Program-made: the position numbers and the translations under genes | Origin: a virus | Length of the DNA stretch: 64,000 bases | IMG/VR virus record: IMGVR_UViG_3300040801_004793 | Span: 1-64,000 of that record | Direction: 5' to 3' (one strand) | Notes under the pieces: model-generated | What the model saw: only the letters and a program-made list of their open reading frames with translations | What the model was told of the DNA's origin: nothing | Database searches by the model: none | Part shown: in pieces, positions 37,265-47,465 of the stretch | Position numbering within the stretch: position 1 is the stretch's first letter | How the letters are laid out: each line of letters starts with the position of its first letter

Positions 37265-39001
37265 ATGGATAAGAATACTGGTATACGGGTAGTAACCTCC
37301 TGTTCTAACCCTCTAACATTAACCTACCTAGCTGCTCATAGGGATTATTCCGAATGTTTATCGGTTATGGATTCTCCTCCCTCTTATTTACCTAAAACAG
37401 AGGAAGAAGCGGGGGAAAAAATTCTTAGAATGCTTCTAAAAAAGAGGCACTTTGGTCCGTTAGAGCACCCTCACGCTACAGTAGAAGTCGTAGGCTTTCC
37501 CCACAGCGTTGCAGTTCAGGCCAGAACTCATAGAATTGCCTTTTGCCTGGATGAAGATACCCGTATTCAATTTTCTCGCAAGCCTCAAAAAAGAGGGAGA
37601 AGAGTACAAAATTATTCTGTTCCATTAAAAGATCTAGCTAATCTATGGTTTAACGGAATCAAAGATCAACGAGATCCCTACTTTGGAAGGCACTATGTTA
37701 GGGATAAAAGACTTCGGTATTTTAATCCCTCCACTAAAAAGATTGAATACACCAACATTACTAATATTTATAATACGGGAGTTAAAACTCTATATAAAGT
37801 TTCTACTGAAGGAAATAATTTCATTCAAGGTTCTGAAGACCATAAAATTCTAACAACCAACTCTGATCTATCTTCTTTTGAGTGGAAAGAGATTAAAAAT
37901 CTTACAACAGAAGATTATGCAATTCGCATGTCTTATAAACCTAATAATCCACCAGTAAAAGAAGATATTACTTTTACTGAAGAACAGTTGGAATCTGAGG
38001 AGTGGCGTCCAGTAGTTGGTTTTGAAAGATACTACCAGGTTAGTAACTTAGGTCGTTTGCGAAGTTTATTTGATTCGGAGCCTAAACTAAAATCTGTTGT
38101 CACAGGCCCAACGGGTTATAAATATGCTTCTCTTCATAGAAAAGAAATCATCTACTTACATACAGAAGTATTAAAAGCTTTTGTAGGACCTCCGCCGGAA
38201 GGAAAAAATAAGGCTTTACATAAAGACGACAATCGTAAGAATAACTGTCTTTCTAACTTATATTGGGGAGATAGCTCTGACAACCAAGCAGATCTAACGA
38301 GAAATGCCGGAGGCAGATCTTTTCAACCCGTACCGGCTAAAATTATTTCTATTGAATGTGTAGGCGAAAAACAGACCTATGACATTGAAGTAAAAAGTAA
38401 ATATAGAAACTTTTTTGCTAATAATCTCGTAGTTCATAATAGCTTTGATGTACAAAGTCAAAGGTATACGGGAAAAAGAGTAGTTGATTTAATAAATATT
38501 TTTCTAGAGTTATTTCCCGATAGAGATCCCAATGGTGAAGGTAGAAGGCTAATAATTTCAAAACTTCTACAGAACGAAGAACTCTCTGAAAAAGAAAGAC
38601 ACTTTGTAGATCAGTTACAAAAAGTTTTTTACGTTAGACCTGCTGGAAAATATCATAATAGGCAAGGGAAAAGATACGAAGTTAGCGAAGAAGAAGTCTT
38701 AAAAAGATACTTCTTTAACAAAATTTCATCCTCTCTTGACTACTATGATCTTGTTGTTACTAAGGGTGTGGCTGAAGAAGATGCCAGGGATGATCTGCCT
38801 CAAGGAATAAGGCAAGGTTTTTTTATGACCTTTAACCTTAGATCTTTGATGCATTTTCTTGATATGAGGTATAAAGCCGATGCCCAGCCGGAAATTATCT
38901 ACTTGGGAGAACTTTTAATAGAATTTTTTAAGGTCTGGGCAGGGCCGGTAGCAGAGTTCTATATCAAAAATAGGGCAAATAAAAACAATGTTGCACCCTA
39001 A
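37265..39001 (+). CDS. thyX: flavin-dependent thymidylate synthase interrupted by an intein
   Basis: HFGPLEH, QARTHR...SFDVQSQRY, EDAR..LP, NLRSLMHFLDMR...AQPEI. Confidence 0.93.
   Translation: MDKNTGIRVVTSCSNPLTLTYLAAHRDYSECLSVMDSPPSYLPKTEEEAGEKILRMLLKKRHFGPLEHPHATVEVVGFPHSVAVQARTHRIAFCLDEDTRIQFSRKPQKRGRRVQNYSVPLKDLANLWFNGIKDQRDPYFGRHYVRDKRLRYFNPSTKKIEYTNITNIYNTGVKTLYKVSTEGNNFIQGSEDHKILTTNSDLSSFEWKEIKNLTTEDYAIRMSYKPNNPPVKEDITFTEEQLESEEWRPVVGFERYYQVSNLGRLRSLFDSEPKLKSVVTGPTGYKYASLHRKEIIYLHTEVLKAFVGPPPEGKNKALHKDDNRKNNCLSNLYWGDSSDNQADLTRNAGGRSFQPVPAKIISIECVGEKQTYDIEVKSKYRNFFANNLVVHNSFDVQSQRYTGKRVVDLINIFLELFPDRDPNGEGRRLIISKLLQNEELSEKERHFVDQLQKVFYVRPAGKYHNRQGKRYEVSEEEVLKRYFFNKISSSLDYYDLVVTKGVAEEDARDDLPQGIRQGFFMTFNLRSLMHFLDMRYKADAQPEIIYLGELLIEFFKVWAGPVAEFYIKNRANKNNVAP
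37544..38440 (+). mobile_element. 299-aa intein with NUMOD4/HNH homing endonuclease
   Basis: Starts CLDEDT; block B SEDHKI; block F TYDIEV; ends VVHN before Ser; internal EEWRPVVGFERYYQVSNLGR and HKDDNRKNNCLSNL. Confidence 0.92.
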
Positions 39002-39294
39002 TACCTGTACCGCATATTTTCAAAATCAGCTAGCTCAATTAAGAATAACCGTAAAGATATCAAATACTTTAGACGGCTATTTTTATCCACCCCTTAATTT
39101 TTTAGAAGAGCTAACTGAAGAGAAGTTGTGGAAGCTTGCTTTTAATTTGATAGAGAAACCTCAAGAAAAAAACAATGAAAAAAATTTCTACTTTATATAC
39201 TATGCTTTAAGTAGAAAAAATAGTATACTTAAAAAGTACTGCAACCACCCTGTTTTCTTTGAACCCTATTTACAAAGTTTAAGAGCTTATAGAA

Positions 39295-39882
39295 ATGCGA
39301 CAAAATCGAGATCTTCCCAACATAATTTTCCTGGGTCCGAGTGGCTCAGGTAAAAGCGAGTGTTGTTCTTATTTAGAAAAAAAGTATGGCTATAAAAACT
39401 TTCACCCTTATGGTTTTATGAAACGTTTTTATGAGGATCTCTATCTTCTAGAGCCTGGAGACTTAGACGACCCTCAAATTAAAAACTCTAAAGCCGAAGG
39501 AATGAAAGTCTCTTTTCAAGAAATGATGGTGAAAGAATATTTCTTTCGTAGAGAAACAGATCCTTTCTTTGTTTCTAGAAATTATGCAAGAGAACTTTCT
39601 TCGGAGATTCGACCCGTCTGTTTTCAGGGCATTAGAAATATAGAAGAAGTTCAAGCTATAGAAAATCTCCGTACCGGATCTTTTGTTAACGGTTATATTT
39701 TAGTATATCTGGAAAAAGATAATGTGCCAGAAGTAAATAGTGATGAAAACTTATACCCAATTTTAAATAGATTACGAAATAATGGTCTTCTAAAGAGGTT
39801 TATGAAAATTCAAAATGACGGGCCTCTAAAGAAGCTTTTTCATACTATTGATTTACTTATGGTTGAGCAATCTCCCTTTTAA
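39295..39882 (+). CDS. P-loop kinase (deoxynucleoside monophosphate kinase-like)
   Basis: GPSGSGKS, IR..EE, IQNDG; located in the nucleotide metabolism cluster. Confidence 0.7.
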   Translation: MRQNRDLPNIIFLGPSGSGKSECCSYLEKKYGYKNFHPYGFMKRFYEDLYLLEPGDLDDPQIKNSKAEGMKVSFQEMMVKEYFFRRETDPFFVSRNYARELSSEIRPVCFQGIRNIEEVQAIENLRTGSFVNGYILVYLEKDNVPEVNSDENLYPILNRLRNNGLLKRFMKIQNDGPLKKLFHTIDLLMVEQSPF

Positions 39883-40141
39883 AAGCTCTTTCTAGTACCA
39901 TAATATTAGAAATACTTTTTCTATCATTGGAAAGAAAAGGCGAGTATTTTTCTCTAAATTCTTGATAACTTACTTTGATTAATTTACTTTTTCGTCTATC
40001 ATGTCTAAGTAGACTTAAGAGTACTACCATTGAAGGATTACTGTTGCAAAGAAGAGACCTGCTTTCTATAATATCTTTGAGTTCCCAGGTTTTTCCATCC
40101 AAGTCTAAAAAGTGCTGACCTTTTTTATAGTCTTTCGTCAT
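39857..40141 (-). CDS. hypothetical protein (isolated minus-strand gene)
   Basis: 94-aa ORF filling a gap in the + strand gene train. Confidence 0.5.
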   Translation of the reverse strand: MTKDYKKGQHFLDLDGKTWELKDIIESRSLLCNSNPSMVVLLSLLRHDRRKSKLIKVSYQEFREKYSPFLSNDRKSISNIMVLERAFKREIAQP

Positions 40142-40155
40142 ATTTTTAAAGATAC

Positions 40156-40184
40156 TTGACGGTATAGAAAAAACACGTTAGTAT
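40156..40184 (+). promoter_or_regulatory. sigma70-type promoter
   Basis: TTGACG-N17-TAGTAT upstream of ORF 40210. Confidence 0.55.
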
Positions 40185-40504
40185 TTAACTAACACTTCTA
40201 TACTTTACTATGATACCAAAAAATATTCTTTTTGCAAATCTAATTCAAAATACCAAGGAGCTTAATTTAACAATTCCTTGGGTGAGATGCAATCTAAAGT
40301 CGGATAAAAAACTCTATGCTAAGGCAGAAATTTCTAACTTTATTCTTTTAGCTGAGTACACCACTGTAAAAGATACTGACTTTTACGGTTTTATGCTTAG
40401 TACAAAACCAAAGAAACTTCAAGTTTTACCTGGTGTTGAAGAAGAAACGGAAATTTTCTTTGAGTGTGGATTTTTTGAGAACCAAAAAAGAGGGCTTTCT
40501 TATT

Positions 40505-41257
40505 ATGCTGAACTCCGAGACACTTTTCAAAGATTTTCTTTCTGATAAAAAGCCTCTTTTTATTGGGGACATTCACTCCCGTTATTTAAATCTTCTAACT
40601 TTATTAGAGTCATTTCCTAAAGAAGAATATTTTTATATCTTTCTAGGAGATATCAATGACTCTAGGCTAGATGATGATCAAGCTAGTTTTAATTTTGTAT
40701 ACCAACTTATTAGAAATCTTTGTGATCAAAATCTTGCAGTACTAGTTCAAAGTAATCATCAGAAAAAAATTATTCGTTTTTTAGAGGGAAAAATAAGCAT
40801 TAACCAAGAGTCCGAAAAAACTCGACCTTTTCTAAAAACAGTAGAAAGTCTAGAAGAAAAAAATCTTATTACGATTCAGAGAGAGGAGGCAACTCTTTAT
40901 GCTAGATCTTCAACTCAAAATGAAGAAGTCTTGAAATGGTTTCAAGACCGCCCTTTTTATTTCAAATGTTTTTATGGAGGGGTAGAGTATGTAGCTGTTC
41001 ATGCGTATTATTCAACAAGCTTAAAAAACCCTCACCTTTTAAACTCTAAAGAAAAGTCTCTTTGTATCTATGGATTGATGCAAAAAGGAGAGAGAGTTAA
41101 ATGGTGGCCTCATTATCAGCAGAAGCCCTTTATAGTCTGCGGACACTACCATACAGTATTTTTATCGAACTATTGTGCGGTAGTTGATTCCGGTTGTGGA
41201 GAAGGAGGAAAATTAAGTGCTTTTAGTCCCTATCACGAAAAAATACTAGCCTTTTAA
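40505..41257 (+). CDS. calcineurin-like metallophosphoesterase
   Basis: GDIH, GDIND, SNH, VHA, GHYH, DSGC motifs. Confidence 0.88.
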   Translation: MLNSETLFKDFLSDKKPLFIGDIHSRYLNLLTLLESFPKEEYFYIFLGDINDSRLDDDQASFNFVYQLIRNLCDQNLAVLVQSNHQKKIIRFLEGKISINQESEKTRPFLKTVESLEEKNLITIQREEATLYARSSTQNEEVLKWFQDRPFYFKCFYGGVEYVAVHAYYSTSLKNPHLLNSKEKSLCIYGLMQKGERVKWWPHYQQKPFIVCGHYHTVFLSNYCAVVDSGCGEGGKLSAFSPYHEKILAF

Positions 41258-41631
41258 TCTATGGATCATTTTAACCAGTTTATTGACTCCTATTTTGACC
41301 CCAGGGTTTTTATTTACGAAAGAAAAATAAAACCTAGAGAACAAATCTATGCTCTGAATTTAGACTCTGAGAATAAAATTCGGAGTTTCAGGTTAGATTT
41401 CAATAACCCAGAGAAGTTTAGAGTTTATACAATAGAGTTTGTAGATGAACACTCAATTCGTCTATATCAAATCGGTAATACACAAGATCCTTTAATATTT
41501 CTTAGAAAGGATTATAGGCCAGTGTTATCTTACCGAGGGCCTCACTGGTCTAATTGGAGTGCAGGAGCTTTATTTAATACCCTGCCTCTAACGCCGTTGA
41601 CTGAACAACCTCCTCAAGAACAGGAAGACTA

Positions 41632-42537
41632 ATGCTAACACATCTAACAAGCCTAGAAAGAATCAAAAATCGGGACATTCTAAATAACTACGAGATTTCT
41701 CTAATCTACGAGAACTCGCTGCCCTTTTTCAAATTTCACAGAGAGTTTTCTGCTAGTGGTGAGAGCCTATCTTTCATTATCGACCCAATAACTCCTAGTA
41801 TCTATAACCTGTGGAATATTTTAGAGAGTACCTTTTATCCTGCCTCTCTAAGCATTCTTACAAAGCTCGGTAAAAGTATTCAGAGCTGCTTTGAAAACGA
41901 GCAAGAGATGATTCAGCGTTGTTCTAGTGACGCTTCTTTTTTCCAAGCCACGATGGTGTCGGATGCAATTGTAAATGGATTTCGGTACCGAAATCTTCAG
42001 TTTGTTTCCGATACAGAAACAAGCTATAGTAAATCTCTCAAAATGAGGGGTAAAGTAGGTACCATTCCAATCTACAAAAAGCACATTCTTTTTAGTAGCT
42101 TTTTGACTAAAGTGGCTTTAGGTATCTATGACCAAGACCTCTATGATGCTATGGTAGCTGTGTTTCAAAACGCAGCAAATACTGAGTCAGGAGTTCTAGA
42201 ATATCTAGATTCTCTAATCTATAATCCTGAAACTAACCAGCTTGTACTAGGAGGAGTCTTCTTAGTTGAAGAGGATGGAGGTCTTAGACCCTGTAACCTG
42301 GGTCAGGCTCAAAGTGCCGTCTTCCAAGATAAAAAGGTGCTTCATGGTACGGTGTCTTTTTCGGATCTTATTTCTTCGGGCCAAGAAATGGAAAATTTCT
42401 TGACACCCCTGACTAAAGAAGTTATTATGGGTACAGTACCGAAGGGAGTTCTCTCCCCAGAAGAGCTTCAGCAGAGGATGAGTAATCCTGTAACTGAAGT
42501 AAATCAAACTTTGGTTCTGGACCCCTGCTACGTGTAA
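41632..42537 (+). CDS. hypothetical protein
   Basis: 301-aa ORF. Confidence 0.65.
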   Translation: MLTHLTSLERIKNRDILNNYEISLIYENSLPFFKFHREFSASGESLSFIIDPITPSIYNLWNILESTFYPASLSILTKLGKSIQSCFENEQEMIQRCSSDASFFQATMVSDAIVNGFRYRNLQFVSDTETSYSKSLKMRGKVGTIPIYKKHILFSSFLTKVALGIYDQDLYDAMVAVFQNAANTESGVLEYLDSLIYNPETNQLVLGGVFLVEEDGGLRPCNLGQAQSAVFQDKKVLHGTVSFSDLISSGQEMENFLTPLTKEVIMGTVPKGVLSPEELQQRMSNPVTEVNQTLVLDPCYV

Positions 42538-42549
42538 AAAAAGGAGATT

Positions 42550-43470
42550 ATGGCTGCAACCACGAAAAAAGGTAGTTTCTTTAAAACTTTTGCAGTTCAA
42601 GAAGCTACCCGAGTTCAAAAGAAGGTTAAAGCTCTTATCTCTGGTCCCTCCAACGCCGGAAAAACGTTGGGCTCTTTGTTAATTGCAAAGGGCCTAACAA
42701 ACTCCGGTAAAGTTCTAATGGTGGATTCAGAGAGAGGCAGATCTAGTCTTCATGTAAGAGATGAAAATCTAGGAGACTGGTCTTGGGATGCGGCTTATAT
42801 GGCACCTGAAGACTTTTCCCCAGATACTCTAATCTCCGCTATTAATGAAGCTAAAGCATACGACTACCAAGCTATTATCATTGACAGTTTTTCCCATGAA
42901 TGGGACTATATTAAAAACTGGCAAGTTGAATTAGGGGGTAGATACACAGACTGGAAAATACCTAAGGCCGAACACGCAAAATTTGTTCGAGCTATGATTG
43001 GAGCGGACATTCATATAATTATGACGCTCCGGTCTAAAATGGAGTATGTTCAAAGTTACAACGATAAAAATAAAGCTAAAGTAGAAAAGTTGGGGTTATC
43101 CCCTCAAGGTGATCAAAACTTCCTATATGAAGTAGACTTCCATTTTGCAATTAATGAAAATCATATTGCAACTATGGATAAGACAGCACAAGGCTTGTTT
43201 TCTGACCCCTCTCAGTTTAAAATTACTGAAGATGTTGGTCACCAACTAAGAGCCTTTGCTGAAGAAGGAGAAGATCCCGAAACTCGAACAAAGAAAAAGT
43301 ATATTTCTAAAATAAGAACTATACTTTCTGATTATATGAGTTTGGAAGATCGAGAGATTCCAGATATCCCTGGAACTGATTTTAGTTATGAGAGTCTACT
43401 CAGTATGTCTCTCTCAGAGTTAGAAACCGTAGGTAAACAGTTAAAAGAAGGACTACAAAATGCTAGTTAA
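42550..43470 (+). CDS. Sak4-like (AAA_24) recombination ATPase
   Basis: GPSNAGKT, DSERG, IIIDSFSHEW, HII.T.RSK, YE.D; followed by SSB. Confidence 0.82.
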   Translation: MAATTKKGSFFKTFAVQEATRVQKKVKALISGPSNAGKTLGSLLIAKGLTNSGKVLMVDSERGRSSLHVRDENLGDWSWDAAYMAPEDFSPDTLISAINEAKAYDYQAIIIDSFSHEWDYIKNWQVELGGRYTDWKIPKAEHAKFVRAMIGADIHIIMTLRSKMEYVQSYNDKNKAKVEKLGLSPQGDQNFLYEVDFHFAINENHIATMDKTAQGLFSDPSQFKITEDVGHQLRAFAEEGEDPETRTKKKYISKIRTILSDYMSLEDREIPDIPGTDFSYESLLSMSLSELETVGKQLKEGLQNAS

Positions 43471-43909
43471 TGGATTGTTCCGAGTAATGTCTAAGTCTCA
43501 AGGGGAAAACCTACCCCTAGAGCCTTCTACAGTATCCACTAAAAATGGGGAAACTAAAGTTCTTAATCTTCAAGTAGTAGATTACTGGACTCCAGACCAG
43601 TATTCTTCTATGAGAATTAAAGTCGCTGTGTGGGGCGATAGGGCTCAAACTTTTGCAGATGTTCTTCAGCATAATGCCGCACTTTATATTGCCGGAGAAA
43701 TGCACTTTGAAGAATATGAAGGAAGAGTGCCCGATAGTGAGTTGACCGTTAAAAAGTTTTCTCCGATTTTTTCTAGGGTGTTTGAAATTCGTCCCGTTGA
43801 CGTTACGAAGACTTCTACTGGAGGGGAAAGGTCTGAACCTGAAACTTCTATCGCAGAAAAAGCGGCTTCCGCTGCAAGAAAAACAGAGGAAGATGACGTT
43901 CCGTTCTAA
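43460..43909 (+). CDS. ssb: single-stranded DNA-binding protein
   Basis: V.VWG..A OB-fold pattern; acidic tail EEDDVPF. Confidence 0.85.
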   Translation: MLVNGLFRVMSKSQGENLPLEPSTVSTKNGETKVLNLQVVDYWTPDQYSSMRIKVAVWGDRAQTFADVLQHNAALYIAGEMHFEEYEGRVPDSELTVKKFSPIFSRVFEIRPVDVTKTSTGGERSEPETSIAEKAASAARKTEEDDVPF

Positions 43910-43960
43910 GTTCTAATTACAGGGGGAGCTTTGACTCCCCCTATCACTTAACTTTTAAAA

Positions 43961-44833
43961 ATGAGTATTGTAAGAAAAACTATTGATCACAATCGGGTCT
44001 ATGTAGACGAAACAACAGGAAGAGGTTACCACAGCGTAACCACAATCATCAGCAAACTAGCAACCGACAAAAAAGCCCTTCAAAAGTGGAAGGAAGACGT
44101 TGGTCATGAAGAAGCCGCTCGTATTTCTCAGTCAGCTAGTAGTTTAGGAACTAAGGTTCATACAGTCAACGAGAGGTATCTCAAAAAAGAACCTATTGAA
44201 GAAAAGTATCAAGAACAAAAAGATGTCATGTCTCGACATCAATTGTATTTGCCTTTTCTTGAAGATGTTAAGCCCATGATGATTGAAGAAAAAATTATCT
44301 GGGAGACACTTTTAGACCATGAAACTGGTGAGTATATTGGTTTTGGAGGAACGCCTGACTTAGTAGGCGTATATAACCGGCCAGATAAAATTATTGGTCT
44401 AGAGAAGGAAAAACCCTTCCCTTTTCTTCTGGATTTTAAAAATTGGAGATCCTCTAAAAGTGCAGATAAATTAGTTTCTTACTGCCTACAACTTGCAGCT
44501 TATACAGCAGCCGTAAATAGAACTATCTTACAAGGGCCACGCATTCAAGACGCTTTTATTTTAGGAACAACACCTAAAAAACTTCACATTTACTATCTAA
44601 GCTCCCGAGAGTTAAATTGGTACTGGGTGTGGTTTAACGAAATTCTTCGCAAGTATTATGGTCACTCTTCTCCCTACGAATTAAAAAATCTAATGGAATT
44701 TAGTGTAGGGTATAAATTTGAAGGGAAAAATGAAGAGGGTAAAAACATTTGGGGATCTAGGGAAGAAAACTACCTACCGAAAAAACTCTCTTTTGATTTA
44801 GATTTAGATGAGGAAGAAATAGAAGAATCCTAA
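43961..44833 (+). CDS. PD-(D/E)XK exonuclease
   Basis: SVTTII, W...VG, GTKVH, GTPD, LDFK, QLAAY. Confidence 0.85.
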   Translation: MSIVRKTIDHNRVYVDETTGRGYHSVTTIISKLATDKKALQKWKEDVGHEEAARISQSASSLGTKVHTVNERYLKKEPIEEKYQEQKDVMSRHQLYLPFLEDVKPMMIEEKIIWETLLDHETGEYIGFGGTPDLVGVYNRPDKIIGLEKEKPFPFLLDFKNWRSSKSADKLVSYCLQLAAYTAAVNRTILQGPRIQDAFILGTTPKKLHIYYLSSRELNWYWVWFNEILRKYYGHSSPYELKNLMEFSVGYKFEGKNEEGKNIWGSREENYLPKKLSFDLDLDEEEIEES

Positions 44834-44909
44834 ACCCATCCGATAAAAATCCCCAAAGTCTCTCTTAAATACGTTGGTAGTATAGAAACACTCTTAAAAT
44901 TACCAACCA

Positions 44910-45839
44910 ATGTTTAAAATTCTTAAATACCTGTCTAGACTTAAAATCGTTAAAGAAAGTGATTCTCACTATACGTGTATCTGCCCCGTCTGTGGAGACG
45001 ATAATTTTAAAATCAATAGAAGAGGAAGATACGTAGGAGCTTATAAGTGTTGGTCTAATCTATGTTCTAACACAGAGGTTAAAGATCATTTAGGCTACAA
45101 AGAATTTGCTCCACCACCTCCAAAGCATAACTATATTACTAAACTTAAACCTCTTCCAGTTTCTTTTCGTGGATCTTCTGTTGTTACATGCCCTAATTAT
45201 ATTCCCATTAAATCAGTAATAACTAGATATATCGGTAATTACTGTACGAAAGAAACCATTTATCAGTACTCCAATACTCAAAGAGTTCTAAGAATAGATA
45301 ATCTAGACACTCAAACAAAGTACGTATTTATTCAAACTAGGCAAGAAGACTTTACCTGGTCTTCTGGTATGGGTTCAGAAACGTGGCCTATTTATAAAAG
45401 AGGTCTGGAAAATATAATCTCAGACCCAAATTTTGACACTTTAATTGTGGTAGAAGGAGAAAAAACAGCAGAAGCTTTAAAAGAAAAAGGCCTTGCGGCA
45501 ATTACTTTTGTAGGCCCTTCTTTTCATAGCCCGTTAAACAAAACTCTCCTCGTATTCAAAAGCCTCTACCCTCATATTAAAAACTTTTTATACTGTCCAG
45601 ATTATGATGAGCCGGGAGAAAAGAAAGCTCAAAGACTTAGAGAAGAATGTTGGAGAGTCGGTTTAGCCTGTGACATTCTTGGTATTGAAGAAATAGTTTC
45701 TTCGCCTGAACCTGGAATGGATCTTGCAGACGTAGACGAAAATACTATTAAAACTTTTATACAATATGTTACAGGAAGATATTCAGTTAGTTTTAGAGGA
45801 ATACAAGAGAGACGTACAGAATTATGCGGAACAAACTGA
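44910..45839 (+). CDS. DNA primase (Zn finger + TOPRIM)
   Basis: CPVC...C...C, VVEGEK, PDYDEPG, DLAD. Confidence 0.85.
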   Translation: MFKILKYLSRLKIVKESDSHYTCICPVCGDDNFKINRRGRYVGAYKCWSNLCSNTEVKDHLGYKEFAPPPPKHNYITKLKPLPVSFRGSSVVTCPNYIPIKSVITRYIGNYCTKETIYQYSNTQRVLRIDNLDTQTKYVFIQTRQEDFTWSSGMGSETWPIYKRGLENIISDPNFDTLIVVEGEKTAEALKEKGLAAITFVGPSFHSPLNKTLLVFKSLYPHIKNFLYCPDYDEPGEKKAQRLREECWRVGLACDILGIEEIVSSPEPGMDLADVDENTIKTFIQYVTGRYSVSFRGIQERRTELCGTN

Positions 45840-47352
45840 AAAGATTCGAAGGGATTATATTCTTCAGTACATTTATGATAAGTATAGAGATACTCTAGGA
45901 TTTTTACCCAGTTTAATTAAGTCTCACGCAGCTATTGTTAGTAGCCCGACTTCAGAAGAAGATAACGAAAGAAAAATCTATTCTATTTCTTCTCTAATTG
46001 GCCTTCATCATACCACCCCTCAGTGGCTAGTACCTAATCTTTTAGGAGACGGGGGAGGGTTATATCTTTGTAGTGGTAAACCAAAAACGGGAAAAACTTT
46101 AATTTTTGGTTATCAATTGGCCTATAGTCTAGCCGTTTCCGGTGAGTTTTTGGGTTTACCTTGTAAAAAGGGTAAAGTTCTTTTCTTTGAAGCTGAAGAA
46201 CCAATAACAACAATTATTAAAAGATTTAGAACTAAGGGCTTTAATCCTAAAGTCCCCAATGAGGATGTACAGAAAGCTCTCAGAGAAGATGCTATTCGAA
46301 TAGAAAGACAATTTAAAATAGATGCGGATTTATCTTATTTACGATCTATTGTTGAAGACTTTCAACCGTCTCTTGTTATCTATGATAGTTTGAGAAGAAT
46401 TACCTCTCATATAGATACTTCTGAAAACGATGCTAAATTCGCATCCTTTTTATATACCCTTCAAGCTGTTCACAATTATCTGGAAGTTCCGGGCGTAGTA
46501 ATTCACCACAATAATAAGAGTGGGGAAGGATTAAATAGTGTCTCTGGTAGTGGTGGTATACCAGGGGCAACCGATGGAATTATTTTACTAAATCCCAGTA
46601 CAGAATATTCTGGACATGCTGTAGATATACAAACTGTACCCAGAGAGGGTTTCCCCATTAAAATGACCGTGCAGCGGGGGAAAGACACTTACGGTTTTTG
46701 GCATTATAAAACTATAGAAGTTAAAGGCGTTAGCCCCGATGTATTAAAGTGGGAAAAAAGAATTCTCAGACGATTAGTACTAAGCCCGGAAAGTAAGTTT
46801 ACCTCTGAGCAACTACGTGAGTGCCTACAAATTACAGATGCTAGTTCTGCTCTGTTTAATATTGCATTAGAAAGACTTTCCGACAGTTATCAAATTATGG
46901 AGGATTTTGATGACGAAATTAGGAGAGTTTACTGGGTCTCTGCTTCTAGTGCGTGGGTCTCTTCTACTTTTGCTTCTGCTGCCCTGGCCCAAGAAATTGA
47001 AGATGCTGAAAAATTATTACAATGTCAAACCGCAAGTGATGTACTATCTCTAACTTCAAACTGGAAAGTAAAAGATCCTTCACATAAACAAAAAGTTTGG
47101 GAATTATTAACTCCCACAGAAAGAAACGCGATAAGAAGTCTTCTTAACCCTCCGGCTTTTAATGAAGGTGATTGGGTAAGAAACGTAGAAACTCAAGAAC
47201 CTTTTAAAATTACTGAAAAAAGGTGGCATCCAGATGAAGGTTGGTTCTATGAAGTTGAAGGAAAATCTGAAATTTTTGCTGAAAACTGTTTTGAAAAGCA
47301 CCCCGATTATGAAGACTCTCGCTCTTTATCTTTGATAGAAACAAATTTTTAA
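45766..47352 (+). CDS. RecA-fold replicative helicase (AAA_25/RepA-like)
   Basis: GKPKTGKT, VLFFEAEE, LVIYDSL, IHH..K, GSGG. Confidence 0.82.
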   Translation: MLQEDIQLVLEEYKRDVQNYAEQTEKIRRDYILQYIYDKYRDTLGFLPSLIKSHAAIVSSPTSEEDNERKIYSISSLIGLHHTTPQWLVPNLLGDGGGLYLCSGKPKTGKTLIFGYQLAYSLAVSGEFLGLPCKKGKVLFFEAEEPITTIIKRFRTKGFNPKVPNEDVQKALREDAIRIERQFKIDADLSYLRSIVEDFQPSLVIYDSLRRITSHIDTSENDAKFASFLYTLQAVHNYLEVPGVVIHHNNKSGEGLNSVSGSGGIPGATDGIILLNPSTEYSGHAVDIQTVPREGFPIKMTVQRGKDTYGFWHYKTIEVKGVSPDVLKWEKRILRRLVLSPESKFTSEQLRECLQITDASSALFNIALERLSDSYQIMEDFDDEIRRVYWVSASSAWVSSTFASAALAQEIEDAEKLLQCQTASDVLSLTSNWKVKDPSHKQKVWELLTPTERNAIRSLLNPPAFNEGDWVRNVETQEPFKITEKRWHPDEGWFYEVEGKSEIFAENCFEKHPDYEDSRSLSLIETNF

Positions 47353-47465
47353 AAGGTCATGAAAAATAATTCTTCTGATAAAAAATTAACCTTTTTAATT
47401 TTAACTCTCGGCTATCTTTTTATTATGACGATGATTGTTGGTTTATATTTCTGGGGTAGTTACTT

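Noticed and set aside
43961-44833. Cas4 as part of a CRISPR system
   Set aside because: No Fe-S cysteine cluster; the Sak4-SSB-exonuclease context indicates a recombination module
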